Numbered from the stretch's first letter, positions 1 through 9,875 are shown. The stretch is 29,877 bases of DNA from Candidatus Zixiibacteriota bacterium (GCA_050117845.1 JASFLY010000033.1:1-29877); one strand, 5' to 3'. The notes: generated by a model from the letters alone, not told the origin. Numbers and translations are program-made.

Positions 1-38
1 CGTAAGGGCGCTGTACCGATAGCGGCCTGACCCCCCGC

Positions 39-72
39 AAAAAAAGAAGCCGGCTCGACGAGCCGGCTTTTA
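39..72. terminator. Bidirectional intrinsic terminator
   Basis: Stem AAGCCGGCTC-gac-GAGCCGGCTT (47-69) with an A-run on the left and a T-run on the right, just past the stop of the minus-strand NHL gene. Confidence 0.75.
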
Positions 73-86
73 TTATTCGAACGGGT

Positions 87-980
87 TTATTCGGCCGAGG
101 CCGCTCCGCCCGGGCGGAATATTTTCACGGTGTGCCGTGAATCGTCGGCGACGTATACGACGCCGCCGGGCCCCACGGCCAGGCCGCCCGGGGCCGTCAG
201 GCCGACGTCGAACCGGCCTTTGGGGAAGAGTTTCTCATCGTAGATTATAACGTAATATTCCTGGACGCCGCCGGGGCCGATTGCCTGGCCCAGGGCGAAG
301 AGTTCGCCTTCGGGGCCGAACGCGAGTTCCGTGGGCCGGAAGTCGCCGCCCGCAGGCGGGGCCGCGCGCGAGGGTTCTCCTCCCTCCGCCGGGAAGACGA
401 ATATTTCGGGCCCGTCGGCGATATTCACGGCCACCCGGCCGTCCGCGGCGCACGCTACGTCCCACGCCTTGCCGACGCCGTGCTCCTCGCCCCACCGTTC
501 CCGCAGCGAGGCGTCGGCGCCGAAGACGAAGACGCCGCCGGCCTCCGCGTCCGCGACGTAGGTCGTGCCGCCCGGGCCCACGGCCACGCCGAAGGGCGCC
601 ACGAGCTTCCCCGCGCCGACGATGCCGCGCGGTTCTCCCTCCGGGTCGAAAACGGAAACGCGGCTCGTCCCGAATTCGGCCACGTATACGGAGCCGTCGG
701 GGCCGGTCGCGACGTCGGTGGGGACGAAGAGTTCGCCGGCCTCCCGGCCCAGGCCGCCCAGGCCGCCGAGATACAGCCCTCCCTCGAAGACTTGGATCGC
801 GCCGTTCTGGGAGGAGTCGGCGACGTAGACGCGGCCGTCGGGCGAGGCCGCGACGGCCACCGGCTCCCACGTCTCCAGGGGGAGGTTGAGGCGGCCCGCT
901 TCCCCGTAGGTGGGGGGCGCGTCCTTGGGCGCGCAGGAGAGCGCACATAACGCCGCCGCTATGATATAATTCCACCGCAT
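87..980 (-). CDS. NHL-repeat beta-propeller lipoprotein
   Basis: Lipobox-like LCALSC; repeated NHL motifs (PxxVAxxPDGxVYVAD, PTDVATGPDGSVYVAE, PFGVAVGPGGTTYVAD, PGGLAVGPGGVVYVAD). Confidence 0.85.
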   Translation of the reverse strand: MRWNYIIAAALCALSCAPKDAPPTYGEAGRLNLPLETWEPVAVAASPDGRVYVADSSQNGAIQVFEGGLYLGGLGGLGREAGELFVPTDVATGPDGSVYVAEFGTSRVSVFDPEGEPRGIVGAGKLVAPFGVAVGPGGTTYVADAEAGGVFVFGADASLRERWGEEHGVGKAWDVACAADGRVAVNIADGPEIFVFPAEGGEPSRAAPPAGGDFRPTELAFGPEGELFALGQAIGPGGVQEYYVIIYDEKLFPKGRFDVGLTAPGGLAVGPGGVVYVADDSRHTVKIFRPGGAASAE

Positions 981-1038
981 AATAGGCTTGGGAGATGGTA
1001 CGGATTAGAGTGGCTCGTGTCAAGGGATAATAGTCGAG

Positions 1039-1833
1039 ATGAGTATAGTGAACCGCGTTAAGGGCGGCGTGGCGGCCGCATACCTCGCGAATTCGTCGCG
1101 GGCGCAGAAAGTGGCGCGCGCGGAATTGGGCTGTACCGCCGTCGCTCCCGTCGTACTGCTGCCGGTATCGGGACAGATGACGAAGCGTCTGGTCGGAAGG
1201 CTCCGGCGCTCGCGCCGCGACGGCGATATCTACCAGGGGACGCTCGACGGCCGCGACGTCTCGGTAATCAATACCGGCGTCGGTACGCCGTCGGCCGAGG
1301 GCAAGGTCTTCGCGTGCCTGGGCGTCGGGGCCCGGGTTCTCCTCCGCTTCGATATCTGCGGCGGCCTGGAGGACGACATGCGGGTAGGCGACATTATCGT
1401 GGCGGCCCGGGCGGTTCCCCTCGACAACGCGACCCTGTCGCTGGCCGGCGACGCGCCGATACCCGCTTCGCCCCTTCTACTCGACGTCGTCCGCGAGGCG
1501 ATAAAGGAAGTGCCCGGAGGGCGGCGCGGCCGGGAAGCAGCCGTGGCGACCGTGGACACCTTCCACCATCAAACGGACGAGATGCACCGGGAATGGGGCC
1601 GGCGGGCCGCGGCGGTCGACATGGAAACGAGCATCATTTACGAACTCGGTCGCCGCGCCGGTGCGCACGCGCTCGCCGTGATGGCCGTGAGCGACGTCCG
1701 CCTGAGCGGCCTGGACCCCTTCGGCGACGACGATTTCCCCTACGGCGATCTGTATCAATCGTTCGACGACCTGGCGGAACTGGCCGCCGGGTGCGTGGCG
1801 GGACTGCCGGCCTCGTTGCCGGGAGAGGAATAA
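1039..1833 (+). CDS. Nucleoside phosphorylase superfamily (PNP_UDP_1 / DeoD-like) protein, divergent
   Basis: Motifs SVINTGVGTPSA, CGGL...VGDIIVA, TVDTF, AVDMETS, AVSD typical of the NP-I fold. Confidence 0.75.
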   Translation: MSIVNRVKGGVAAAYLANSSRAQKVARAELGCTAVAPVVLLPVSGQMTKRLVGRLRRSRRDGDIYQGTLDGRDVSVINTGVGTPSAEGKVFACLGVGARVLLRFDICGGLEDDMRVGDIIVAARAVPLDNATLSLAGDAPIPASPLLLDVVREAIKEVPGGRRGREAAVATVDTFHHQTDEMHREWGRRAAAVDMETSIIYELGRRAGAHALAVMAVSDVRLSGLDPFGDDDFPYGDLYQSFDDLAELAAGCVAGLPASLPGEE

Positions 1834-3209
1834 TGGCAGGAAGCGCGAGCGTCCCCGTCAAGGTAATAAAGGAAATCAAAAGCCGCCTCGGCGCCGCGGC
1901 GGTGCTGGAGGGCGTCGAGGACCGTTACGTATATTCCTTCGACGCCACCGGGACGATCGTGATGCCGGCGTTCGTCGTCGTCCCGGCCGACGCGGAAGAC
2001 CTGGCGTGGACCTGCGAGACGCTGTGGTCGGCCGGCGTGCCGCTCGTGCCCCGGGGCGCGGGGACCGGTTACGCCGGCGGCGCGGTGCCGCCGCCTGGCG
2101 GGGTGGTAGTCGTGTGCGACCGCGTCAACGAGATAAACGGCCCGGCCGACGGCGTGGTGGAGGTCGGCCCGGGGGTGGTCTGCGACGACCTGAACCGCTA
2201 TCTGTCCCGCTTCGGCGTATTTTACCCGGTGGACCCGGCGAGCACGGAGTCGTCCACGCTGGGGGGCCACGTGGCCTCGAACGCCGGCGGGCCGCGGGCG
2301 CTGAAGTACGGCGTGACGCGCGACTACGTCCGGGCGGTGGAGGTGGTAAGCCCCGGCCGGGGGCGCGAGGTCATAAACGACAGGCCGGGCCGCACCGACC
2401 TGTTGAGCCTCGTCGTGGGGTCGGAGGGGACGCTGGCGGTTATCCTCCGGATGTGGCTCCGCGTCCTGCCGGCGCCGGCGACGGTCGCGGCCGCGGTCGC
2501 GACCTTCCGGGACGCCCGGGCGGCGGGGGAGGCGGCCAACGCCGTGCTGGACGGCGGCGTCCTTCCCTCCAAGCTGGAATTCCTGGATAGCCGGTGCGTA
2601 GAGTGCGTGAACGCCAAGGAGGCGGGGACCTTCGACGCGGCGGCCGGGGCCGTGTTGCTGTTCGAGTTCGACGGCACGGAGCCGGCGGTGGCGCACGAAC
2701 TCGAGCGGGCGGCGGCGTTGGTGCGGGGGGCCGGCACGCTCGACGTACGCGTCGCGGACGACCGGGAAGAAGCGGAGGGCCTGTGGCGGCTCCGGCGGGG
2801 CGTTTCGCCGGCGTTGGGGATGCTGGCGCCCCACAAAACGAACGAGGACGTGTGCGTCCCGCGCTCGCGGGTGCCGGAGTTGTTGGACTACATCCGCGGC
2901 CTGGAGCGGGACTACGACGTTCCGGTGCCGACCTTCGGCCACATCGGCGACGGGAACCTTCACGTCAATTTCATGTACGACCGGCGTGCGGGGGACGTCA
3001 GCCGACGGGTGGCGGACGCGGTGGAGAAACTTATGAACCGGGTGGTCGACCTGGGCGGCACGATAACGGGGGAGCACGGCGTGGGGTTGGCCAAAGCGGC
3101 GTTCCTGCCGCGGGAGCAGAGCCCGGCCGAGTTTGCGCTCGCGGCCAGGGTCAAGTCGGCCTTCGATCCCGCGGGCCTTCTGAACCCGGGAAAGATATTC
3201 GGGAAATAG
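1833..3209 (+). CDS. FAD-binding oxidoreductase, GlcD/D-lactate dehydrogenase family
   Basis: PRGAGTGYAGG, DPAS...STLGGHVASNAGG...KYG, GSEGTL, FGHIGDGNLH, GEHGVG, FDPAGLLNPGK; true start is the ATG at 1833 overlapping the upstream stop (TAATG), not 1314. Confidence 0.9.
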   Translation: MAGSASVPVKVIKEIKSRLGAAAVLEGVEDRYVYSFDATGTIVMPAFVVVPADAEDLAWTCETLWSAGVPLVPRGAGTGYAGGAVPPPGGVVVVCDRVNEINGPADGVVEVGPGVVCDDLNRYLSRFGVFYPVDPASTESSTLGGHVASNAGGPRALKYGVTRDYVRAVEVVSPGRGREVINDRPGRTDLLSLVVGSEGTLAVILRMWLRVLPAPATVAAAVATFRDARAAGEAANAVLDGGVLPSKLEFLDSRCVECVNAKEAGTFDAAAGAVLLFEFDGTEPAVAHELERAAALVRGAGTLDVRVADDREEAEGLWRLRRGVSPALGMLAPHKTNEDVCVPRSRVPELLDYIRGLERDYDVPVPTFGHIGDGNLHVNFMYDRRAGDVSRRVADAVEKLMNRVVDLGGTITGEHGVGLAKAAFLPREQSPAEFALAARVKSAFDPAGLLNPGKIFGK

Positions 3210-3223
3210 CTTTTATTTTTTCC

Positions 3224-3267
3224 TTGATATTAACCGTACAGTTAGTTATAATATAACTGAACGGTTA
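3224..3267 (+). promoter_or_regulatory. Sigma70 promoter overlapped by inverted-repeat operator (probable TetR site)
   Basis: TTGATA(3224-3229)-N17-TATAAT(3247-3252); TAACCGTACAGTTA (3231-3244) and TAACTGAACGGTTA (3254-3267) form a 13/14 inverted repeat. Confidence 0.7.
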
Positions 3268-3394
3268 GTAGGAATAGGGACCAGGGTGCGCCCGGATGGG
3301 GCGCGGTAACGTGGGACAAGGGAACAGGGCGCCGTCGGTAATACGAGGGTATGTCGACCCCGTGAACGGCGGCCGGGTCAGGGGTGCCGAAAGC

Positions 3395-3952
3395 ATGTTC
3401 GAGTTTCCTCGTTTCGAATGGTTATCGATATGGGTAATCGTGATTCCGGCGGCGGCGGCGTTCGCGCTATGCGTGCACGTAGCGGACCGACGCCGGGCGT
3501 TGTCGCTGCCTTCCGCGCGATGGGGAACGCGCAAATGGGTAATCCATTACGCGTTGCCGGTCGCGGGTTTGCTGGCGCTCTCGGTCTTTACGCCGCTGCG
3601 GTTCGGCGCGGGGTTCATCTGCGGCGTGGCGTTCGGCGTTACGGGCCTGGCTATAGCGTTAGCGGCGGTGCTCGCGGCGGGGAAATGGCGGGGGTCCTTC
3701 GTCCGGGTTGGCGTTTATAAATATACGCGGAACCCGATGTACGACGCCGCGGTGTTCTGTTTCGCGGGGGCGTCGATGATGGCGTGGTCGGGCGCTCCGG
3801 TCATGGGGCTGCTGGGCCTGGTGCTTACGGCGCGGGCGGCGGTTTCGTTCCACTACTTGACCATTACGGAGGAAGAGGCGTTGGAAAAGTCATACGGCGA
3901 CGAATTCCGGGAGTATTCCCGGGCGGTACCGCGTTATTTTTGGTGGCGGTGA
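3395..3952 (+). CDS. Isoprenylcysteine carboxyl methyltransferase / PEMT-family membrane protein
   Basis: Several TM helices, GVYKYTRNPMY, EEEALEKSYGDEFREYSRAVPRYF; start at the ATG at 3395 is preferred, but 3296 is possible. Confidence 0.8.
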   Translation: MFEFPRFEWLSIWVIVIPAAAAFALCVHVADRRRALSLPSARWGTRKWVIHYALPVAGLLALSVFTPLRFGAGFICGVAFGVTGLAIALAAVLAAGKWRGSFVRVGVYKYTRNPMYDAAVFCFAGASMMAWSGAPVMGLLGLVLTARAAVSFHYLTITEEEALEKSYGDEFREYSRAVPRYFWWR

Positions 3953-4007
3953 ACCGTCGGGGGCGGGGCGGGAAGCCCGATAACCGGTAAGTACAGGCGG
4001 GTTGCGT

Positions 4008-4658
4008 GTGAGCGAGAAGTCCAAGGATAGTCCTGCGAAAAGGCGGATTTTAGAAAAGGTGCGGAAGTTGTTCGCCGCCCGGGGATTCGACGCCGTATCC
4101 GTGGCCGATCTGGCCCGGGCGGCCGGGGTCAACCGGGCGATGCTCTATTACTACTTCGAGGATAAACGCGATATCTACCGCGAATGCATTATCAGCGTAC
4201 TCGATTTGATACCGGCTTTATGGGAGCGGGATGAGATGCGGGTCGGCTCTCCGGCGGAACGGTTGGACCGTTACGTCTCGGCGCTGGGGGGGGCGATGGA
4301 GCGGAACCGGGACGCTATACCCATGATAATAAGGGAGATATCGTCGGGGGGAGCGGAGACGGAACTTATTTTCCGGCGCTATTTAATCCCCAACGCCATG
4401 TTCGTGGGCTCGATTCTGGAAGAAGGGATGCGGACGGGCGACTTCTCGGCCGTCCCCGTTCCGTTCGCGACGATAGCGTTGTTGGGCGGCCTTATAATGC
4501 CGAATTTCGGCGCCTCTCTGGCGAAGCCTTTCATAACCGAGGCCGCCGGGCCGCACATCGCCGGCCCGGAGTACATCGATTTTTACCGCGGTTATGTTAA
4601 ACGCGCCTTCGGCGCGTGCCCTCCGAAAGGTGGGAAAAAGCGTGGCAAGAATAAATAA
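4008..4658 (+). CDS. TetR/AcrR family transcriptional regulator
   Basis: N-terminal HTH ILEKVRKLFAARGFDAVSVADLARAAGVNRAMLYYYFEDK; start codon uncertain (4002 TTG or 4008 GTG). Confidence 0.92.
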   Translation: MSEKSKDSPAKRRILEKVRKLFAARGFDAVSVADLARAAGVNRAMLYYYFEDKRDIYRECIISVLDLIPALWERDEMRVGSPAERLDRYVSALGGAMERNRDAIPMIIREISSGGAETELIFRRYLIPNAMFVGSILEEGMRTGDFSAVPVPFATIALLGGLIMPNFGASLAKPFITEAAGPHIAGPEYIDFYRGYVKRAFGACPPKGGKKRGKNK

Positions 4659-5535
4659 AAAGAGGATCGTCCTCGGCGTGGTGGCGATCGTCGCCGTCGC
4701 GGGCGTGACCTACTGGGTCGTGAGCCATTTGTACGGCGGTAGCGGGGCCCTCGAGGCCTCCGGGACGCTGGAGGCGGTGGAGGTCGACGTCGGTGCCCTT
4801 ATCCCGGGCCGCCTCGTCGCCATCAATTACGACGAAGGGGACAGCGTCGCGGCGGGCGACGTCGTCGCATCTCTCGACGCCGAGGAATTGACGGCGGGAG
4901 CGGCCGCGGCGGAAGCGGCGGCCGAAGCGGCGAGCCGGCGCATCGGCGCGGCCCGGGCCGCCCTCGCCGCCGCCGAGGATCAATTCGACCGCGTCTCCCG
5001 GGCCTACCCGGACGGCGGGATAACCAAGGCGGAGTACGAACGCGCCCGCGCCAGCCGGGACGGGGCCCTGGCGGAGTTGGCCAGCGCCCGTTCGTTGGCC
5101 GCGCAGGCGAAGGCGACCAAGGCGCAGGTCGAGGTTCAGCGGCGCGAGGTCGAAATAACGGCGCCCATATCGGGCGTTATATTGAGCCGGAACCTGGAAC
5201 CGGGCGAGGTCCTCGGCGCCGGGGCGGCCGTGGTGACGCTGGCCGACCTGTCGACGCTGGAGTTGTACGTCTACATCCCGGAGTATAAAATAGGTCTGGT
5301 TAACGTCGGCGATACGGTGGACGTGCGCGTCGACTCGTTCCCGGACGAAGTTTTCCCGGGGAAGGTCAGGTCCATCGGCAGCAAGGCCGAGTTCACGCCC
5401 CGCAGCATCGAATCCAAGGAGGACCGCGTAACGCTGGTGTTCAAAGTGAAGGTGGCGGTCCCCAATCCGGGGGGCAAACTCAAAGCGGGGATGCCCGCTG
5501 ACGCGGCCTTTACGACAACGGCGAGCGGGGAATAA
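4642..5535 (+). CDS. HlyD-family periplasmic adaptor (YbhG-like)
   Basis: N-terminal TM, ASGTLEA, lipoyl half-motifs (GRLVAINYDEGDSVAAG; ITAPISGVI), AEFTPRSIE...LVFKVKV...LKAGMPAD; GTG at 4642 overlaps the tetR end. Confidence 0.9.
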   Translation: MARINKKRIVLGVVAIVAVAGVTYWVVSHLYGGSGALEASGTLEAVEVDVGALIPGRLVAINYDEGDSVAAGDVVASLDAEELTAGAAAAEAAAEAASRRIGAARAALAAAEDQFDRVSRAYPDGGITKAEYERARASRDGALAELASARSLAAQAKATKAQVEVQRREVEITAPISGVILSRNLEPGEVLGAGAAVVTLADLSTLELYVYIPEYKIGLVNVGDTVDVRVDSFPDEVFPGKVRSIGSKAEFTPRSIESKEDRVTLVFKVKVAVPNPGGKLKAGMPADAAFTTTASGE

Positions 5536-5557
5536 ACGGCCCACGGGGCCGAAGAGC

Positions 5558-6484
5558 ATGACGGATGCAGTTTATACCGAGTCCCTTACGCGCAAGTTCG
5601 GCGACCTCGTCGCCGTCGACCACCTGAATCTGCGCGTTAACCGCGGCGAGATATACGGTTTTCTGGGGCCCAACGGCTCCGGGAAGACCACGACCATCCG
5701 GATGCTGTGCGGCATCCTCGAGCCGACGGGCGGGACGGGCCGGGTCCTGGGCTACGACGTCGCCCGGGAGGCGGAGGAAATAAAACGCCGCATAGGCTAT
5801 ATGTCGCAGAAGTTCAGCCTGTACGAGGACCTGACGGTGGCCGAGAACGTCGATTTCTACGCCAGCATCTACGGCCTGACGGGCACGCTCAAGCGCGACC
5901 GCACGGAGGAGATTTACGAGACCGCGGGCCTCCGGGGACGGACGGGCCAGCTGGCCGGCACGCTTTCGGGCGGCCAGAAGCAGCGGTTGGCCCTCGGCTG
6001 CGCGCTGGTCCACCGGCCCGAACTCCTGTTCCTTGACGAACCGACGGCGGGCGTGGACCCGCTGAGCCGGCGGGACTTCTGGGGTTTGCTTTACGAGTTG
6101 GCCGGGGGCGGGACGACGATTCTCGTTACGACGCACTACATGGACGAGGCCGAACACTGCAACCGCCTCGGCTTCATCTACAGCGGCCGGCTCATCGCGG
6201 AAGGCGAGCCCGACTCGCTCAAGTTGGGGCGGGGAACGGCCGAGGTGTTCAAGGTAACGCCGGCGTCGGTGGGCCGGGCGTACGCGGCCTTGCTTTCGGG
6301 CCTGCCGGGCACGACCGTTACCATTCTCGGCAACAACATCCACGTCTCCGGCGAGGCCGTCACGGAGGAAGGAATCGCCGCGGTGCTGGCCGCGGCGGGG
6401 GAGGAGTATACGGCGTTGGAGAGCGCGGTGCCGAGCCTGGAGGACCTCTTCGTTATGTTTATCCGGCGGGAGGGCGCGGCGTGA
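5558..6484 (+). CDS. ABC transporter ATP-binding protein (ABC-2/drug export type)
   Basis: Walker A GPNGSGKTT, signature LSGGQKQR, Walker B LLFLDEPT, TTHYMDEA. Confidence 0.95.
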   Translation: MTDAVYTESLTRKFGDLVAVDHLNLRVNRGEIYGFLGPNGSGKTTTIRMLCGILEPTGGTGRVLGYDVAREAEEIKRRIGYMSQKFSLYEDLTVAENVDFYASIYGLTGTLKRDRTEEIYETAGLRGRTGQLAGTLSGGQKQRLALGCALVHRPELLFLDEPTAGVDPLSRRDFWGLLYELAGGGTTILVTTHYMDEAEHCNRLGFIYSGRLIAEGEPDSLKLGRGTAEVFKVTPASVGRAYAALLSGLPGTTVTILGNNIHVSGEAVTEEGIAAVLAAAGEEYTALESAVPSLEDLFVMFIRREGAA

Positions 6485-7596
6485 AATTCGTCAGGTTCTG
6501 GGCCGTGTTGCGCAAGGAGTACCGGCAGTTCTTTCGGGACCGCGTGACGGCCGCGGTTATCTTCGCGATACCTGCTATCCAGCTGCTGCTCTTCGGCTAC
6601 GCCATCAACTTCGAGGTGGAGCATCTCCCGACGGCGGTGCTCGACTACGCCGAATGCGCGGAGAGCCGGGCCATCACCCGAGACTTCGTTAATTCGCAGT
6701 ACTTCGACATCCAATACTACGTATCCAATTACGAGGAGCTCACCGACCTTATCGACAGCGGCCGGGTGAAGGCGGGCATCGTTTTCCCGGCGGACCTCAA
6801 GCGGCGGCTCAAGGCCGGGAAGCCGGCCTCGGCGGCGGTCGTCTTCGACGCGTCGGACCCCATAACCGCCCGTTCGGCCATATCGAGCGCCCAGGCGATA
6901 GGCATGTATCGCTCGATTCAGATCCTCGGCCGGGCGTACGGCTCGAGCGAGATGCCGCTCGAGATCCGCACGCGGGCGTGGTACAACCCGGAGATGATAT
7001 CCGCGAACTTCATGATCCCGGGGCTCATCGGCGTCATCATGCAGCTCGTCACGATGATGCTGACGGCGATGGCTATAGTCCGGGAGCGGGAGCGTGGGAC
7101 GCTGGAGCAGTTGCTGGTCTCGCCCGTGAACCGGCTGGAACTCATTCTGGGGAAGCTCGTGCCGTACGTCGTCCTGGGCTATATCGACATAACTATGGCG
7201 CTGTTGATTTCGCGATACGTCTTCGGCGTGTCGATAGTGGGGAACATTTTCGCCTTGTACGCGCTGGCCTTCCTCTTTTTGGCGTCGACGCTCGGGTTCG
7301 GCCTTTTGATATCGACGATAGCCAAAACGCAGCAGCAGGCCATGCAGATGTCGTTCTTCATTTTCCTGCCCTCCATCCTCCTGTCCGGCTTCTTTTTCCC
7401 GGTCGCGGCGATGCCGGACATAATAAAGCCGGTTTCTTACGTTATACCGCTTACCTATTTCCTGGATATCTGCCGGGGGATAATGCTGAAGGGACAGAGC
7501 TTCAGTCACCTCGTAAAGCAAACGGTGGTCCTGGCGGTGATGGGGGCGCTTATTCTGGGCCTGGCCGTCTCCCGGATGCGCAAGCGCGTTTCGTAA
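6481..7596 (+). CDS. ABC-2 type permease (YbhR/YbhS-like)
   Basis: LLLFGYAI, WYNPE, IVRERERGTLEQLLVSPV, LSGFFFPV...PLTYF; GTGA overlap with the ATPase gene. Confidence 0.93.
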   Translation: MKFVRFWAVLRKEYRQFFRDRVTAAVIFAIPAIQLLLFGYAINFEVEHLPTAVLDYAECAESRAITRDFVNSQYFDIQYYVSNYEELTDLIDSGRVKAGIVFPADLKRRLKAGKPASAAVVFDASDPITARSAISSAQAIGMYRSIQILGRAYGSSEMPLEIRTRAWYNPEMISANFMIPGLIGVIMQLVTMMLTAMAIVRERERGTLEQLLVSPVNRLELILGKLVPYVVLGYIDITMALLISRYVFGVSIVGNIFALYALAFLFLASTLGFGLLISTIAKTQQQAMQMSFFIFLPSILLSGFFFPVAAMPDIIKPVSYVIPLTYFLDICRGIMLKGQSFSHLVKQTVVLAVMGALILGLAVSRMRKRVS

Positions 7597-7671
7597 TCAA
7601 AAACGTATAAAATATCGTATAATACCGGGCGCGGCCCCGGCGGTTCGCCGGGGCCCGACGACGGAGTAATT

Positions 7672-8664
7672 ATGGGTATCGCCGGTTGGTTCAAAAAAAA
7701 GGTAAAGGCGCCGCCGGAGAGTAGGCTCGCCTATAGCGAACTGCGGGAGTCGTCCAAGCCCGACCGAGGGTACTTCGTGATGATCGCGATATCGGCCGTC
7801 ATCGCGACCCTGGGCCTGTTCCTGGACAGCGTGGCCGTTATTATCGGCGCGATGCTGATAGCGCCGTTGATGTCGCCGGTGCTGGCGACGGGCCTCGCGG
7901 TGGCGCGGGGCGACCCGGAGTTCCTTACGGACTCGCTGAAAGCGGGGGCGCAGGGGGCGGTCGTGGCCGTGCTGTGCGCCGCGGCCATAGCCGTCATCTC
8001 TCCCGAACTCGCGCCCGGCCGGGAGATACTGAGCCGCGTCAAGCCCAACCTCTTCGACCTCATGGTGGCTTTCGCCTCCGGCGTCGCCGGGGCGTACACT
8101 TTCTCCTCGAAAGACTTGTCCGCGATGTTGCCGGGGGTCGCCATCGCGGCGGCCTTGATACCGCCGCTCTCGGTGGCGGGCATCGGCATCGGCTTCGGCC
8201 AGCACGAAATCATGTGGGGCGCGCTGCTCCTTTTCCTGGCCAACCTAATCGCCATCGCGTTCGGCGCCGCCGTGACGTTTATCGTACTCGGCTTTTACCC
8301 GAAGTTGAAAGGGTCGGAGGGGGAGTGGCGCTTCAAGGGCCTCGTGGCCGCGACGGTATTGGTCGCGCTGGTTACGATACCGATGGCGTACTTCACGATT
8401 ACCAACGTCACGACGACCAGCCGGGAACGCAACGTGGGCGCCGTGGTCGAGGAGTACTTGCCCGCCCGGGAGGGGTACCACGTCGGCGCGGTGGATTGGG
8501 TGTACGAGGACGGCCGGTACGAAGTAACGGTGCTGGTATACGGGAGCTGTCTGCCCAGCGACGAGAGGTTGAAGTTGGTACAAGGGGCTTTAGAGGACAG
8601 GCTGGGGCGGAAGACCGCCGTCCATATCCGTTGCGTCGTGTATGAGGATTTCGCGTTGGACTAA
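7672..8664 (+). CDS. DUF389 / TIGR00341-family membrane protein
   Basis: IATLGLFLDSVAVIIGAMLIAPLMSP, EILSRVKPNLFDL, LPGVAIAAALIPPL, LLFLANL. Confidence 0.9.
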   Translation: MGIAGWFKKKVKAPPESRLAYSELRESSKPDRGYFVMIAISAVIATLGLFLDSVAVIIGAMLIAPLMSPVLATGLAVARGDPEFLTDSLKAGAQGAVVAVLCAAAIAVISPELAPGREILSRVKPNLFDLMVAFASGVAGAYTFSSKDLSAMLPGVAIAAALIPPLSVAGIGIGFGQHEIMWGALLLFLANLIAIAFGAAVTFIVLGFYPKLKGSEGEWRFKGLVAATVLVALVTIPMAYFTITNVTTTSRERNVGAVVEEYLPAREGYHVGAVDWVYEDGRYEVTVLVYGSCLPSDERLKLVQGALEDRLGRKTAVHIRCVVYEDFALD

Positions 8665-8682
8665 AGCCGTACGGCAAGTCGA

Positions 8683-8716
8683 CAAAAAACGCGGCCTCCG
8701 GGCCGCGTTTGTTTTT
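8683..8716. terminator. Bidirectional terminator between convergent genes
   Basis: AAACGCGGCC-tccg-GGCCGCGTTT (8687-8710) flanked by A- and T-runs. Confidence 0.8.
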
Positions 8717-8735
8717 GTCTGTTAACGGGTCTCGC

Positions 8736-9848
8736 CTACGGCTTCCGTAGGGCGTGCTCTTTCTCGTAGCGGTCGAACAGGTGTCCCCAGGGCGTCTCGG
8801 CCCGCCACGTCTTGTACAGCTTCTCGAACTTCAGCGGCCACTGCACGTAGTCGTGGTTGAACTCCGATACGAAGATGGGGATCTTCACGAGGCAGGTGCG
8901 GAAGACGAGTTTTTGCAGAAACTTCGTCGGGCCGTACCAGCCGAGCCACGCCAGGAAGCGGTGGAAATTGTAACCGACCTTGAAGTGCCAGTTCTCGCCG
9001 GCCACGTCGTCGCCCACTATTTCGATTTCCGCGGGGTCGCCGACGCCCAGGCCCCTCTCGTGCGCCAGCCGGATGTAGTCTATGGACAGCGGGTCGAAGC
9101 CCATCATTTTGGCCGATACCGCGTCGCACGCCACCTGGTCCGCGCCGGCGAGGATGACGTTCTTGACCTCCGGGATGTGGGTCCGGGGGCCCTCGCCGTT
9201 CCCGGCGGTGGTGCCGTCCATTACGCAGAAGATGCCGCTGTGGATTTCCTTCTGGATGGTGAGGAGGTCGACCAGCGTCTCGTGGATCCAGGTGTGGGTG
9301 TAGTGCCGGCGGGTGTTGAGCAGGCCGCCGAACGCGTTCTTCATCGCGCCGGTCGTCGTGGTGTAGATGTGGCACTTGAATGTCGGCAGGTGGACGATGT
9401 TCTTACCGAGGAAATATTCCGGGATGTGGATGCCGACGCCCTCCATTATCCGGTCGAGTTCGAGCATCTCGCCCTTGGGCTCGTACGGGATCCACTTTAT
9501 TTCGTCCTCCCGGAAGTTGTACAGGACCGGGATGCCGTAGGCGTCGAAGATGGGACGGAAGAGGTTGAGGTCCTCGCCCTTGAAGGCGTTAATGACGACG
9601 GTCTCGTTCTGGACGCAGACCTGGTCGTCGAGGCCCATCGCCTTTAGCGCGAGGATGGTCCCCTCCAGCTGCCAGGGGGTCGTATTGGCGCCGGGCATGG
9701 GGAAGTGCCACGAGATATTATCTTTAAGGATCGTCGTGGCGCCGGGGTCCAGGACCTTGTCCGCTCCGGCCAGCTCGAAGAGCCGGCGGTAGTCGTCCAG
9801 CACAGTTTCGGGTTTCGTGTACAGTACAGCTATTTTACTCTTGGCCAT
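8736..9848 (-). CDS. DUF362 domain protein (putative Fe-S binding)
   Basis: LKDNISWH...PGANT, LPTFKCHIYTTTTGAMKNAFGG, MDG...GEGP, DQVACDAVSAKMMGFDP. Confidence 0.85.
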   Translation of the reverse strand: MAKSKIAVLYTKPETVLDDYRRLFELAGADKVLDPGATTILKDNISWHFPMPGANTTPWQLEGTILALKAMGLDDQVCVQNETVVINAFKGEDLNLFRPIFDAYGIPVLYNFREDEIKWIPYEPKGEMLELDRIMEGVGIHIPEYFLGKNIVHLPTFKCHIYTTTTGAMKNAFGGLLNTRRHYTHTWIHETLVDLLTIQKEIHSGIFCVMDGTTAGNGEGPRTHIPEVKNVILAGADQVACDAVSAKMMGFDPLSIDYIRLAHERGLGVGDPAEIEIVGDDVAGENWHFKVGYNFHRFLAWLGWYGPTKFLQKLVFRTCLVKIPIFVSEFNHDYVQWPLKFEKLYKTWRAETPWGHLFDRYEKEHALRKP

Positions 9849-9875
9849 CTTTGCTCCATTTAGATTTAATATGAG

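Noticed and set aside
1314..1832. 631-aa version of the FAD oxidase suggesting an N-terminal fusion
   Set aside because: The extension overlaps the phosphorylase gene and is low-complexity; the ATG at 1833 gives a normal-length protein
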